From: Neoechinorhynchus agilis | Lineage: Eukaryota > Animalia > Acanthocephala | DNA: 64,000 bases | Assembly: GCA_051530055.1 (NCBI GenBank) | Contig: CM121342.1 | Coordinates: 3,409,489-3,473,488 of the forward strand | Reading direction: 5' to 3' | In this document: piece after piece, positions 48,726 to 61,297 of the stretch | Numbering within the stretch: the stretch's first letter is position 1 | Layout of the letters: every line of letters starts with the position of its first letter | Position numbers and translations under genes: made by a program | Notes under the pieces: model-generated | What the model saw: the letters and a program-made list of their open reading frames with translations, nothing else | What the model was told of the DNA's origin: nothing | The model's database searches: none

Positions 48726-51700
48726 ATGGACGTTGGCTTTAATCACAATTGTAAACTTTTGGATTTAAAGACCGCTAAGAATCTTCTCGTTGAACAAACA
48801 GAACTTTTGAAAACGTTGGGAAAATCATCGGAGAACGAATTGAGGTCGCCGTTTGAACATCGAGTCCTTCGCACTGTAGTACCGACGCCTTTCTGCTCAT
48901 TGAAACGGGCAGATATAAGCATGGCCGTCCGTGATACGCTCACGAATTGCTTCTCAGGATCCATTTCTCATCGACAAACGAATTTGTTGAACGTAGGAAC
49001 CAATAAAGTCCTTGCGTTCAAACTTATTTCTATTGATTTCGATACACTTCAAGTTGCCGATTCTGGTAGCGCTTTGATGATCGAAGCTCAGATCGAGATT
49101 GTCCAATTCGTCCCGTCCGTTGGAGCCGTGGTAGCTGTAAAGAGGAAGGCCGTTGTTTTAACGTTCATTCTAACGAATGATCTCTAAAAATCAATCTCTT
49201 CGTTTTAACATTTCTTATTTGATTCTTTCGTACAATCTTTCATCCTTTGAACAATTGTAATCCTTCCCGAAACGTAGGAACCGTTTTTAAATTATGGAAT
49301 TAAAATTTGCTCTTTGTTCGGTAAAAAGAAATAAAGAAAAACGATATTATTTTGTCGCTTTTGTTGCTTAAAAGAGTTTCTCTTGACCGAAAATTATCCA
49401 TCGATAACATCTTTAAAATTGAAATTTTGGAAGTTCGATTATTTTATGCCGTTTTCTTCAAAGATTTAAGGGAAATGATCTTATCGATCCGATAAATCCT
49501 TTATTGAACACCAAAAATATCGATCTCTTGTAGGAAATCTTTAAAGGTCGCGAGTTTGACTTTTTTTTGGTTTTTAACTATGGAATTAAAATTTGCTCTT
49601 TGTTCGGTAAAAAGAAATAAAGAAAAACGATATTATTTTGTCCTTGTTGCTTAAAAGAGTTTCTCTTGACCGAAAATTATCCATCGATAACATCTTTAAA
49701 ATTGAAATTTTGGAAGTTCGATTATTTTATGCCGTTTTTTCAAAGATTTAAGGGAAATGATCTCATCGATCCGATAAATCCTTTATTGAACACCAAAAAT
49801 ATCGATCTCTTGTAGGAAATCTTTACAGGTCGCGAGTTTGACTTTTTTTTGTTTTTAACTATGGAATTAAAATTTGCTCTTTGTTCGGTAAAAAGAAATA
49901 AAGAAAAACGATATTATTTTGTCCTTGTTGCTTAAAGAGTTTCTCTTGACCGAAAATTATCCATCGATAACATCTTTAAAATTGAAATTTTGGAAGTTCG
50001 ATTATTTTATGCCGTTTTTTTCAAAGATTTAAGGGAAATGATCTTATCGATCCGATAAATCCTTTATTGAACACCAAAAATATCGATCTCTTGTAAGAAA
50101 TCTTTAAAGGTCGCGATTTTGACTTTTTTTTGGTTTTTAACTATGGAATTAAAATTTGCTCTTTGTTCGGTAAAAAGAAATAAAGAAAAACGATATATTC
50201 CCTTGTTGCTTAAAAGAGTTTCTCTTGACCGAAAATTATCCATCGATAACATCTTTAAAATTGAAATTTTGGAAGTTCGATTATTTTATGCGGTTTTTTC
50301 AAAGATTTAAGGGAAATGATCTCATCGATCCGATAAATCCTTTATTGAACACCAAAAATATCGATCTCTTGTAGGAAATCTTTACAGGTCGCGAGTTTGA
50401 CTTTTTTTGGTTTTTAACTATGGAATTAAAATTTGCTCTTTGTTCGGTAAAAAGAAATAAAGAAAAACGATATTATTTTGTCCTTGTTGCTTAAAAGAGT
50501 TTCTCTTGACCGAAAATTATCCATCGATAACATCTTTAAAATTGAAATTTTGGAAGTTCGATTATTTTATGCCGTTTTTTTCAAAGATTTAAGGAAATGA
50601 TCTTATCGATCCGATAAATCCTTTATTGAACACCAAAAATATCGATCTCTTGTAAGAAATCTTTAAAGGTCGCGATTTTGACTTTTTTTGGTTTTTAACT
50701 ATGGAATTAAAATTTGCTCTTTGTTCGGTAAAAAGAAATAAAGAAAAACGATATATTTCCTTGTTGCTTAAAAGAGTTTCTCTTGACCGAAAATTATCCA
50801 TCGATAACATCTTTAAAATTGAAATTTTGGAAGTTCGATTATTTTATGCGGTTTTTTCAAAGATTTAAGGGAAATGATCTTATCGATCCGATAAATCCTT
50901 TATTGAACACCAAAAATATCGATCTCTTGTAGGAAATCTTTAAAGGTCGCGAGTTTGACTTTTTTTGGTTTTTAACTATGGAATTAAAATTTGCTCTTTG
51001 TTCGGTAAAAAGAAATAAAGAAAAACGATATTATTTTGTCCTTGTTGCTTAAAAGTTTCTCTGACGAAAATTATCATCGATAACATCTTTAAAATTGAAA
51101 TTTTGGAAGTTCGATTATTTTATGCCGTTTTTTCAAAGATTTAAGGGAAATGATCTTATCGATCCGATAAATCCTTTATTGAACACCAAAAATATCGATC
51201 TCTTGTAAGAAATCTTTAAAGGTCGCGATTTTGACTTTTTTTGGTTTTTAACTATGGAATTAAAATTTGCTCTTTGTTCGGTAAAAAGAAATAAAGAAAA
51301 ACGATATTATTTTGTCCTTGTTGCTTAAAAGAGTTTCTCTTGACCGAAAATTATCCATCGATAACATCTTTAAAATTGAAATTTTGGAAGTTCGATTATT
51401 TTATGCCGTTTTTTCAAAGATTTAAGGGAAATGATCTTATCGATCCGATAAATCCTTTATTGAACACCAAAAATATCGATCTCTTGTAAGAAATCTTTAA
51501 AGGTCGCGATTTTGACTTTTTTTGGTTTTTAACTATGGAATTAAAATTTGCTCTTTGTTCGGTAAAAAGAAATAAAGAAAAACGATATTATTTTGTCCTT
51601 GTTGCTTAAAAGAGTTTCTCTTGACCGAAAATTATCCATCGATAACATCTTTAAAATTGAAATTTTGGAAGTTCGATTATTTTATGCCGTTTTTTTCAAA

Positions 51701-53427
51701 GATTTAAGGGAAATGATCTTATCGATCCGATAAATCCTTTATTGAACACCAAAAATATCGATCTCTTGTAAGAAATCTTTAAAGGTCGCGATTTTGACTT
51801 TTTTTGGTTTTTAACTATGGAATTAAAATTTGCTCTTTGTTCGGTAAAAAGAAATAAAGAAAAACGATATTATTTTGTCCCTTGTTGCTTAAAAGAGTTT
51901 CTTTGACCGAAAATTATCCATCGATAACATCTTTAAAATTGAAATTTTGGAAGTTCGATTATTTTATGCCGTTTTTTTCAAAGATTTAAGGGAAATGATC
52001 TTATCGATCCGATAAATCCTTTATTGAACACCAAAAATATCGATCTCTTGTAAGAAATCTTTAAAGGTCGCGATTTTGACTTTTTTTTGGTTTTTAACTA
52101 TGGAATTAAAATTTGCTCTTTGTTCGGTAAAAAGAAATAAAGAAAAACGATATTATTTTGTCCTTGTTGCTTAAAAGTTTCTCTTGACCGAAAATTATCC
52201 ATCGATAACATCTTTAAAATTGAAATTTTGGAAGTTCGATTATTTTATGCCGTTTTTTTCAAAGATTTAAGGGAAATGATCTCATCGATCCGATAAATCC
52301 TTTATTGAACACCAAAAATATCGATCTCTTGTAAGAAATCTTTAAAGGTCGCGATTTTGACTTTTTTTTGGTTTTTAACTATGGAATTAAAATTTGCTCT
52401 TTGTTCGGTAAAAAGAAATAAAGAAAAACGATATATTTCCTTGTTGCTTAAAAGAGTTTCTCTTGACCGAAAATTATCCATCGATAACATCTTTAAAATT
52501 GAAATTTTGGAAGTTCGATTATTTTATGCCGTTTTTTTCAAAGATTTAAGGGAAATGATCTTATCGATCCGATAAATCCTTTATTGAACACCAAAAATAT
52601 CGATCTCTTGTAAGAAATCTTTAAAGGTCGCGATTTTGACTTTTTTTGGTTTTTAACCAGGTCGCGAGCAAACCGCAAGTTTAAAGGCCAAAAGTGCTAT
52701 TATGGTCGTTAAGAAGCGAAATTGTTTTTGCTTTTAAACAGACGAAATTTTGACTAGATATTTTCTTATATATTTTTACCCATTCTGGTAAAATTCTAAA
52801 AAATCCAGGAAAGACCTCTTGTTTATTCGTCTCTTTCTTTTCGTTTGTTTTTGTGTTTTATATTCGCCGCTCTTTTGATCACAGTTTGTTGGTTTGCGGT
52901 TATTTACCGATTTGTTTATAAAATCACACGACCTTTTTTTCGCCGTTGTTGATACTACATTTTGACTCGTTTTGTTTATTTGTTGATGTTTATTGATGAG
53001 AATGAAGCAAAGCTCGAAAAAGTCACTAATTGTCGATAGGTGAGGTACCGGGGAATGTGATTGGAATTATTGTGTTTAGAAGTCTTCACCTGGGGTAAAT
53101 GATTATTTCGATTAAAAAGACGTTCTCGGAGCCGCGTAATCAGTTTGTAATAGACGCTTTACCGATAATTCTAGTCACTAATTGATTTTTTTTAACCTTT
53201 TTTTATAGCAAACAACAGTCTTTCTCTATGTATTCTGTTCCCAACCAGCCGATGACGGCTACGTCGGAGTTGCTTTGAATTTCAATGGCACGCTCAATTT
53301 CGAAGTTGACAATATGCCAAGGAACGTCGCCGTAGATCAAGCATTGTTCATTCGTTTATGTACCCGAATAACTCGGAGGTACAAAGGGTACCCTTCAGAG
53401 TTTCTCAAGGTCATTGAACATAGATGA
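48726..53427 (+). CDS. RNA polymerase I subunit RPA43-like (Rpb7 family); putative second exon 53209-53427 beyond a satellite-filled intron
   Basis: Exon 1 ends EAQIEIVQFVPSVGAVV (cf. RPA43 EADFVIFCPEPGQKL). After TTTTATAG at 53208 an open frame QTTVF...GYVGVALNFNGTL...EHR* has no start codon of its own. The join is inferred. Confidence 0.45.
49283..52657. repeat. Tandem satellite, ~280-bp unit, ~12 copies
   Basis: Unit TATGGAATTAAAATTTGCTCTTTGTTCGGTAAAAAG...; starts at 49293, 49579, 49860, 50142, 50419, 50700 and onward. Confidence 0.98.
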
Positions 53428-53510
53428 ATGAAGTGAGTGTGTAATGTTGAACACGATTTTTCCTTGTAATATATCATTTTCACATACCGAAACTGTTTCA
53501 TTTTTCAGAC

Positions 53511-56500
53511 ATGGCATTCGAATCGTTTCTGCCTGCAGTCTTGTCGTTCTACCTAACAGGTCCGAGGCTCTACCAACGGTTTGTACATTCAACTCATGGA
53601 CTTGTTGCGAAGGAGTACGAACCAAATAATCTCGAATATTACTGCAACATTTACTTCACTTGTCTAAAACTAGCCGTCTCAGTCGTCCGATCATTCTACC
53701 CAATTGGATTATTTTATTTACTTAGAAGAGGTAAGCGATGACTAACGCAAAAGAGTTCCGATGGTCTTAATTTAAAAAAAAAGTTTAGCCGACGACCCAG
53801 TTCGTCTTCTGAGATCAACTTGGATGCCCGTAACTCATGTAGTTCTGGCGACTGTTGTCATGTCCATGATGAGAGGTTCGATTCGAATTCAGGATTCGTT
53901 TAATTGCTTCTGTACAGGAGTTGGTCGATGGGTCAACAAGGACTACACGGATTTCAGTTCAAAGATTCTGAGACTAAGAAACTGCGATGAGCGGGAAAAG
54001 GAAGAGCTCAGGAAGGTTTAAAGACAATTTTTACTTCTTTATTTAACATTTTTGATTTAGATCATTTTGACCTATTATGATTTTGAAATGGGGCATGGAT
54101 TCCCAGCTAGGCACGTCGGACCACTGTTTAGAATGAAACCTTTAGTTGTCGTTCAGTAAGTAATTGAAAATTTCTTTTGTATAAAATCCGTATTTATTTT
54201 GACAAATCCGAAATATTGGAGCAATAAACGATTTAGCAGTGTGCATATTCCATTCAAAAATAGTGCTAAGGAAAATTACTGAGGAAGGTAAAGATATATT
54301 TAACAAAGCCTAAAAAGAAAAGTCACATTTTCTCTAAGTGTTAATTAACAAAAAAATATATTTACCCCGGTCAGATTGTAAAAAATATTTGAGGAGGAAG
54401 GGTGGAGGTTTATCGCTTATTTTAATCGATTACTCTTTTTATATAAAGTCCTCGGAGTGATTCAGTCCTGTGGAACATCCAACGACTCGTGTATCATCTC
54501 GCAAGGTAAACTCACATACTCAATGGTGTCCATATGATCAAAATGCCGTAAAGTTACATTATTTATCCGCTAGCCATTCGCTTAACTTACATTGGATCCA
54601 CATCTATCATATCCATTTCGATGAGTAAGCATTTTAAGCTTCTACAAAATACAGAAATTCATTTGATTTGATTAAGGAGAAGTGCTGATTGCCGGTAGAC
54701 AGCGACTCATTACTCAATATGACGCTCAGAGGGAACTTCTTCGGATATCCGATCATGAATCAATCGATACGGTGTTTATTGACCGCCGCGTAAATCAGCA
54801 ACCGGAAGGATCGAAACTTGTTAGTTTGTTCTTTCAAATCCGCCACCACCACCACCACCACCGCTTTAATTCACTGTTTTCCATTAGCTTATATGCTGCG
54901 AAGGAAATGCTGGATTCTACGAAATTGGAAGTTTGAACGTTGCTCTTCTTACTAAATATTCATTGCTTGGATGGAATCATCCTGGCTTCGGCGAAAGTCA
55001 GGTAAGATCCCAATTCAACGTCGTCCAGATTTTCATTGCTTCCGTTTAGGGTACAATTTCCGTTGTGAATGAACAGTTTGCAATTCAAGCCGTGATGAGT
55101 TATGCGACCGATATTCTTAATTTCCGCGAGGAAGACGTTTATGTTTATGGATGGAGCATTGGAGGCTACTCTGCTGCACTGATTGCTGCCAGTTATCCGC
55201 ACATTGGTGGACTTGTAAGCTCTTATTTTTGTAACGAGTTTTTTGCTAATTTTGGAGTTCGTTGCTGTTTTGAACCATTAAAGATTTGAGGCAGTTTTCG
55301 TTCAAATATTGACGAAAATCAACCTTTTTTTTATCACCATTTCTACTCAAGAAAATCAAAATTTCTTTATTAACATCTTTTAAAAATTACGCAAATTCCA
55401 TTCCAATGCCGTAATTTCCATTTCTTACCACTTTTTTAAACTAGGCGAAATCCTCGATGATTTTTCGTTCTAAACTGGTTATTCATTAACGTATTTTTTC
55501 TGCGCTTATGAAATTCCAATGCCGTAATTTCCATTTCTTACCACTTTTTTAAACTAGGCGAAATCCTCGATGATTTTTCGTTCTAAACTGGTTATTCATT
55601 AACGTATTTTTTCTGCGCTTATGAAATTCCAATGCCGTAATTTCCATTTCTTACCACTTTTTTAAACTAGGCGAAATCCTCGATGATTTTTCGTTCTAAA
55701 CTGGTATTTCGGTTCTATAGTCGAATTATTGCCAGGCCGCTGAAATAATACAGTTTTCCATTTCGTTTTGGCCCGTATTATAACACCGATAAAAATAGAT
55801 AATGGATGCTGTATTTGACAATGCATTACCTCTTGCAACAAAGACTTTGCCTGTTCTCGGTAAGACCTTGGATCTCAATAAAGCGCATTAAAAGTGTTGA
55901 CAGCTCCGTTTATCGAATATACCATGAACTCCTACATCAACCTCGACAACGTTCCACTCCTACAAAAGTACAGCGGTCCCATCAGATTTGTTAGAAGACT
56001 AGGAGATGAGATTATCAACTTGACGTGAGTTTCTTTGATTCTAAGGGTTTTTTAATTCGTTGTACGTATTTTCAGACCAGGAAAAGTATCGGGAAATCTT
56101 ATAAATAATTTGGTTATTGAGACGCTCGCTTATCGATACCCAGAAATATTCGACGATGAACCCAGACGAAGCGTCCGATACTTTTTATCGATTGACTGTT
56201 CGCTTAAAAAAGGTCAGTGGTGGTATTTGGACAAAATTTAAAATTCTATAACTCGTTTAAAAGGTGACTTTTTTCGATCTGTAATTCCCGAAAGGTTTAT
56301 GGTGCCGTCCGAACTCAGGACTTATCTTAAACTCCATCCTCATTTCCCATGTAATTTCGGTAAGTTCCTTTAGTATTGTCAAATTAGAAAAATGACGTTC
56401 TATTAAGGATCCGATCTCACAATGGAGATGAAACAAGCACTTGCTTTGTTTCTTTGTGATGAATACCTCGTTGATTTCAATTCGGGTCATTGCGATGTTC

Positions 56501-56541
56501 TCCATATTTCGCTCATCAACAATTTGCCCATTGCAATCTAA
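53511..56541 (+). CDS. ABHD16A: ABHD16A/BAT5-like phosphatidylserine lipase (multi-exon)
   Basis: LTGPRLY, GVGRWVNKDY, nucleophile motif YGWSIGG, IETLAYRYP and ALALFL...HC; GT-AG introns; AATAAA at ~56590. Confidence 0.9.
55399..55705. repeat. Intronic tandem repeat, ~113-bp unit, ~2.7 copies
   Basis: TTCCAATGCCGTAATTTCCATTTCTTACC occurs three times inside an ABHD16A intron. Confidence 0.92.
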
Positions 56542-56797
56542 GTAAAGACGACCGTCAAAGCGCGTGAACTGAGTGATAGTTATTGGCCAATAAATGTTCG
56601 ATTCTTAACGTATTATTTATGCTTATCGAAATTACGCCCATTTTGAACTTATAAAAGAATTCATAGCACTAAAGGAATGGATCATCTTTGGGTCGCCATT
56701 CAAAAACCTTAACGCATTTAGATCAGAAAGTCGATATTCATCAGAAAATTATGGAAGTTGCCCTCCTCTGATTCCTTTTCAGATAACCGAAGAAAAA

Positions 56798-56834
56798 CTT
56801 CCTGACGAAGACGCAAGGCGTCGAAAATTTTAAG
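56798..56834 (+). ncRNA. Minimal hammerhead-like motif (mirror copy 61096-61132, minus strand)
   Basis: CTGACGA-A-GACGC-aag-GCGTC-GAAA-ATT-T with palindromic AATT; stem I has only 3 bp and a mismatch at 1.1/2.1. Confidence 0.45.
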
Positions 56835-56905
56835 CAAGAAATAAAACACCCATTTTCCGTTCGATAATAGATTATTCATCCGAAATAAAAGAAGATACGT
56901 CCATA

Positions 56906-57491
56906 ATGGAAAAACCGACCATTTTGTGTTTACAAAGTGCGTTGCTGTTGTTGAAAGTTGGATCGGAAAAGTGAGATTTTTGAACACAACTCACAAAATG
57001 ATTACCGCCGATATTCGCTTGTGTTTAGACGTCGATTTGCTCGTGTCTATTGGCGTAAACATTGGCGTGATGGCAATAGTTTTCGACACCTTCAAACTGG
57101 ATGAGCCTTTTTTTGTCTCTTCGTTCTTTTTAGTTTATTGATTCAATGACTGCAGTCACCGATGAACTACTTCCAACTTTCGTTGAAAGTCTATCACAGA
57201 AATTCAAGCCTCAGATTCTTAGTGCGATAAACTGTTCAACGGCTGAACGAATTTACGTCGTTCGACATAATATCCACAACCAAAATGAAGACGGATACCA
57301 AATCGCTGCCAGAGTAAGTTTTTTCGCCCTCTAAAAGGTTTTTAACGTTTTTTTAGCTCACTATTGGAAATGATCACTATTTGGATGTACTCTTCCAAGT
57401 CATCTACGGAAACGAAGCTCTCTATCGCACTGAATTTGTACGAATCCTTAATCCAAACATCAGTCCTCTTGAACCGATCTGTAAGCCATGA
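56906..57491 (+). CDS. Putative atypical stefin/cystatin-fold protein, copy 1 (5' exons uncertain)
   Basis: Exons ~57134-57313 and 57357-57491 joined by a 43-nt GTAAGT..TTTAG intron give KFKPQI...LTIGNDHYLDV...PLEPI, patterned like stefin KVKPQL...AGDNKYMHL...ELTGF. There is no QxVxG motif. A possible signal exon MEKPTILCLQSALLLLKVG starts at 56906. Confidence 0.45.
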
Positions 57492-57754
57492 ACAATAGAC
57501 CAAAAACGTAGTTTATAGTTCTTTTGAAATAAAAAATACTTTTAGTTTTTTTTCTGTACTAAGACATTCACAAGAATATATTCAATTTTACACTTAGCGC
57601 CTGAAAAATCCTAAATTTATCCACATTAAACTTTAATGAATGAATTAATGTTTGCAAATACGGAAAAAATCCTTTACCGATCCCATTTGCCGTCTAAATT
57701 TTTTTATTATGAAATCAAAATTGTTTCATTGAAAACAATCGATTCCTATCTCGA

Positions 57755-59551
57755 TTAGCATCTCCGACAGTCCACATTGTTTGCGTGATCGCAGACTTGC
57801 TGCTCGAGGCTGAATAATGTACCTGGAGGACAGTCGACTTCAGCTTGTCCAGCCTCACAGTAAAAGAAACTTTGACATCCATTGTCGAAATTCGGTTCAA
57901 GAGGCTTTCCACATGAGCAACGGCCGTGATCTCCGGTTATAGCAGCGCTCGTTGTGATCGTTGGAAGAGTCGCCGTAGTTCCAGTTGGTTGTTGAGTTGA
58001 AGAAGACTGAGTGGTTGTATTTGGCGGTCTTTGGGTGGTTGTATTTGGCGGTCTTTGGGTGGTCGTGGGTGGACTTCCTCCAGATTTCGCGGTCTCGTGT
58101 ACTTTAGTGAGAAGTGGAAAACTGCCTTGTCCACAAATGGCTCCTTTAAAATCGTCAAAGTCAATCGCCCAGATCATAACACCTCCATAATTCTTTTCCT
58201 TAGCAAAGTTCACCTTTCACGGATGGATATTCCATATAAATGAATCCAATTTAACATAAATACCTTCTCAATAAGACTTTGTTGATCGTCGTAACCGATC
58301 CACATATTGTTACCGGTTGCAATGGGGACTCTAGCACTTTCATCAAATACTCGGTGCATTCCTTCGTCGGCGTATTTGCAGATCTAAAACAATGTTTAAC
58401 GTCTCAAAAAACTCCAAACAAACCTCATAGTAGGCCCTGAAGCCGCTTTCTTGGGTGTATGGTCCAATGATGCATCCGTTGGCTACATTATCACCGATAG
58501 AAGCTGAGTCTGTCGAGATTGTGCTTCCACGTCCGTAAAACCCTAGACCAAGTACCATTTTGTTGCGTGTTGCTCCTTGTTCTACGAAGTATTCCATTCG
58601 ATCGGACTAGACGGAACATTTGACTTTTTAGTTAAAACTCTCCAAAAAAATCGAATGATATTGCATCAATAGAACGAAAAGAAAAACAATGATATCTATA
58701 GATGATTCAATACTTACACAAACCAAAGATGGCTGAGTCGATGTTTGTGAGGCATGAAGTGGAGATTGATGCTCAACAGGTCCCCATCCACAGGAGGCCA
58801 TATCGTAGCTCATGACTCCGATGTGGTCCAAATGCCTATATTAACATTTCTAGTAAACAAAATTAATCAAATTTAAATACAAACTGGCTTAAAGCTGCAA
58901 CGTCGTATATTTGATCTACAGCCCACGAACCAACGGACACTGCTGCTGATAGAATATATCTGTCGCCAAACGCTGCCTTCATTTCTTGGCACAGATCGAC
59001 AAATGTCTGTCTTTCATTTGCAGTTGGATACTCCCAATCGAGATCGATTCCATCAACTCCGTATTCTTCCAAAAATGCCATCACACTATCGATGAATATA
59101 GCCCGATTTTGTCTTGTGGCAGCCATCGGGACGAATCCAGCGGAATGCGACCATCCTCCAACAGCGACCAACACTTTCATATTCGGTGATTCGCTCTTTT
59201 TTGCGACCAAAGTTCGAATATTTTCTATTTTCATAAATGGAGCACAAGTTTAAAATCAAAAACTCACCGTAGTCCGTAGGATCCAGTGTCTTTAACTTGA
59301 AATCATCACCGACAGCGAAGAACGAATAAAGCACTTGATCACACAAATCACCGGGAACATCACTCATCAAGAAGTTCACTGGTGAACTCTTATACTGAGA
59401 CCAACTCAAAGTATAACATATCACGTCAATCGAAACTAAGGCAAATTTATCAAGAAAAAGTTGTGATTGGCAATCCGAATTTCAACTTACCAGTTGACAC
59501 TATGGAGAGAGATAAAATGAACGCGGCTAAGGCGATGCGCGAGAAGGTCAT
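57755..59551 (-). CDS. Secreted GH18 chitinase with Thr/Pro-rich linker and C-terminal CBM14
   Basis: Signal exon MTFSRIALAAFILSLSIVST (ATG 59551, GTAAGT donor); KVLVAVGGW, intact DGIDLDWEYP, MSYD, GGVMIWAIDFDDF; six-Cys CBM14. Confidence 0.95.
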
Positions 59552-59579
59552 TGTTGAACAGAAAAGTACACTGGGCCTC

Positions 59580-59587
59580 TATTTATA
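59580..59587 (-). promoter_or_regulatory. TATA box of the chitinase gene
   Basis: TATAAATA ~30 nt upstream of the chitinase ATG. Confidence 0.6.
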
Positions 59588-59866
59588 CTCTTGGACGCGT
59601 GAAATCGCAAAGGTTTTTAAAGTTGTTTTCGGGTCACGCTTATGAGCCGTTTAAATAGCTTATCATTCATACGAAAATACGAATAATGCTCTCATCCATT
59701 TATCATGCGGAGATTAACAGTGATTGATTTCTTCATTAAAAACCGCTCAAAACACCAAAAAATAATAGAAACTTTTCTAATGTCCATTTCTCCATTAATT
59801 GTGCCTCTAAATAAATCTCATTCATGAACGTTCAATGTCGATAAATTCGTCATTTTCAGGCGTTAA

Positions 59867-60175
59867 GTGTACGAGTTTAAAGGAGCCATTTGTGACCGCG
59901 AAATCTGGAAAAAGTCCATCCACGACCACCCAACTCAACAACCAACTGGAACTACGGCGACTCTTCCAACGATCACAACGAGCGCTGCTATAACCGGAGA
60001 TCACGGCCGTTGCTCATGTGGAAAGCCTCTTGAACCGAATTTCGACAATGGATGTCAAAGTTTCTTTTACTGTGAGGCTGGACAAGCTGAAGTCGACTGT
60101 CCTCCAGGTACATTATTCAGCCTCGAGCAGCAAGTCTGCGATCACGCAAACAATGTGGACTGTCGGAGATGCTAA
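59867..60175 (+). pseudogene. 5'-truncated inverted copy of the chitinase linker and CBM14
   Basis: Identical CBM14; the 5' ~60 bp are a deleted patchwork of chitinase 58060-58150. Confidence 0.8.
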
Positions 60176-61241
60176 TCGAGATAGGAATCGATTGTTTTCA
60201 ATGAAACAATTTTGATTTCATAATAAAAAAATTTAGACGGCAAATGGGATCGGTAAAGGATTTTTTCCGTATTTGCAAACATTAATTCATTCATTAAAGT
60301 TTAATGTGGATAAATTTAGGATTTTTCAGGCGCTAAGTGTAAAATTGAATATATTCTTGTGAATGTCTTAGTACAGAAAAAAAACTAAAAGTATTTTTTA
60401 TTTCAAAAGAACTATAAACTACGTTTTTGGTCTATTGTTCATGGCTTACAGATCGGTTCAAGAGGACTGATGTTTGGATTAAGGATTCGTACAAATTCAG
60501 TGCGATAGAGAGCTTCGTTTCCGTAGATGACTTGGAAGAGTACATCCAAATAGTGATCATTTCCAATAGTGAGCTAAAAAAACGTTAAAAACCTTTTAGA
60601 GGGCGAAAAAACTTACTCTGGCAGCGATTTGGTATCCGTCTTCATTTTGGTTGTGGATATTATGTCGAACGACGTAAATTCGTTCAGCCGTTGAACAGTT
60701 TATCGCACTAAGAATCTGAGGCTTGAATTTCTGTGATAGACTTTCAACGAAAGTTGGAAGTAGTTCATCGGTGACTGCAGTCATTGAATCAATAAACTAA
60801 AAAGAACGAAGAGACAAAAAAAGGCTCATCCAGTTTGAAGGTGTCGAAAACTATTGCCATCACGCCAATGTTTACGCCAATAGACACGAGCAAATCGACG
60901 TCTAAACACAAGCGAATATCGGCGGTAATCATTTTGTGAGTTGTGTTCAAAAATCTCACTTTTCCGATCCAACTTTCAACAACAGCAACGCACTTTGTAA
61001 ACACAAAATGGTCGGTTTTTCCATTATGGACGTATCTTCTTTTATTTCGGATGAATAATCTATTATCGAACGGAAAATGGGTGTTTTATTTCTTGCTTAA
61101 AATTTTCGACGCCTTGCGTCTTCGTCAGGAAGTTTTTCTTCGGTTATCTGAAAAGGAATCAGAGGAGGGCAACTTCCATAATTTTCTGATGAATATCGAC
61201 TTTCTGATCTAAATGCGTTAAGGTTTTTGAATGGCGACCCA
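59931..61241. repeat. Right arm of the 1311-bp inverted duplication
   Basis: Reverse complement of 56689-57999. Confidence 0.97.
60439..61024 (-). CDS. Putative atypical stefin-like protein, copy 2
   Basis: Mirror of 56906-57491. Confidence 0.45.
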
Positions 61242-61297
61242 CGCACAAAAAAGAAGAAGCAAAATCGTGTTTACAGTCACACAGATAAAGATCATCG

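Larger units (their letters stand above)
56689..57999. repeat. Left arm of a 1311-bp inverted duplication (right arm 59931-61241)
   Basis: Mirror coordinates sum to 117930 at every point checked (57146/60784, 57755/60175); no differences seen. Confidence 0.97.

Noticed and set aside
50064-52575. Repeated short ORFs (MLSMDNF..., MTFFWF...)
   Set aside because: By-products of the 280-bp satellite; present or absent depending on homopolymer indels.
36399-52657. CRISPR-like arrays
   Set aside because: Whole units are repeated with no unique spacers, there are no cas genes, and the context is eukaryotic: these are satellites.
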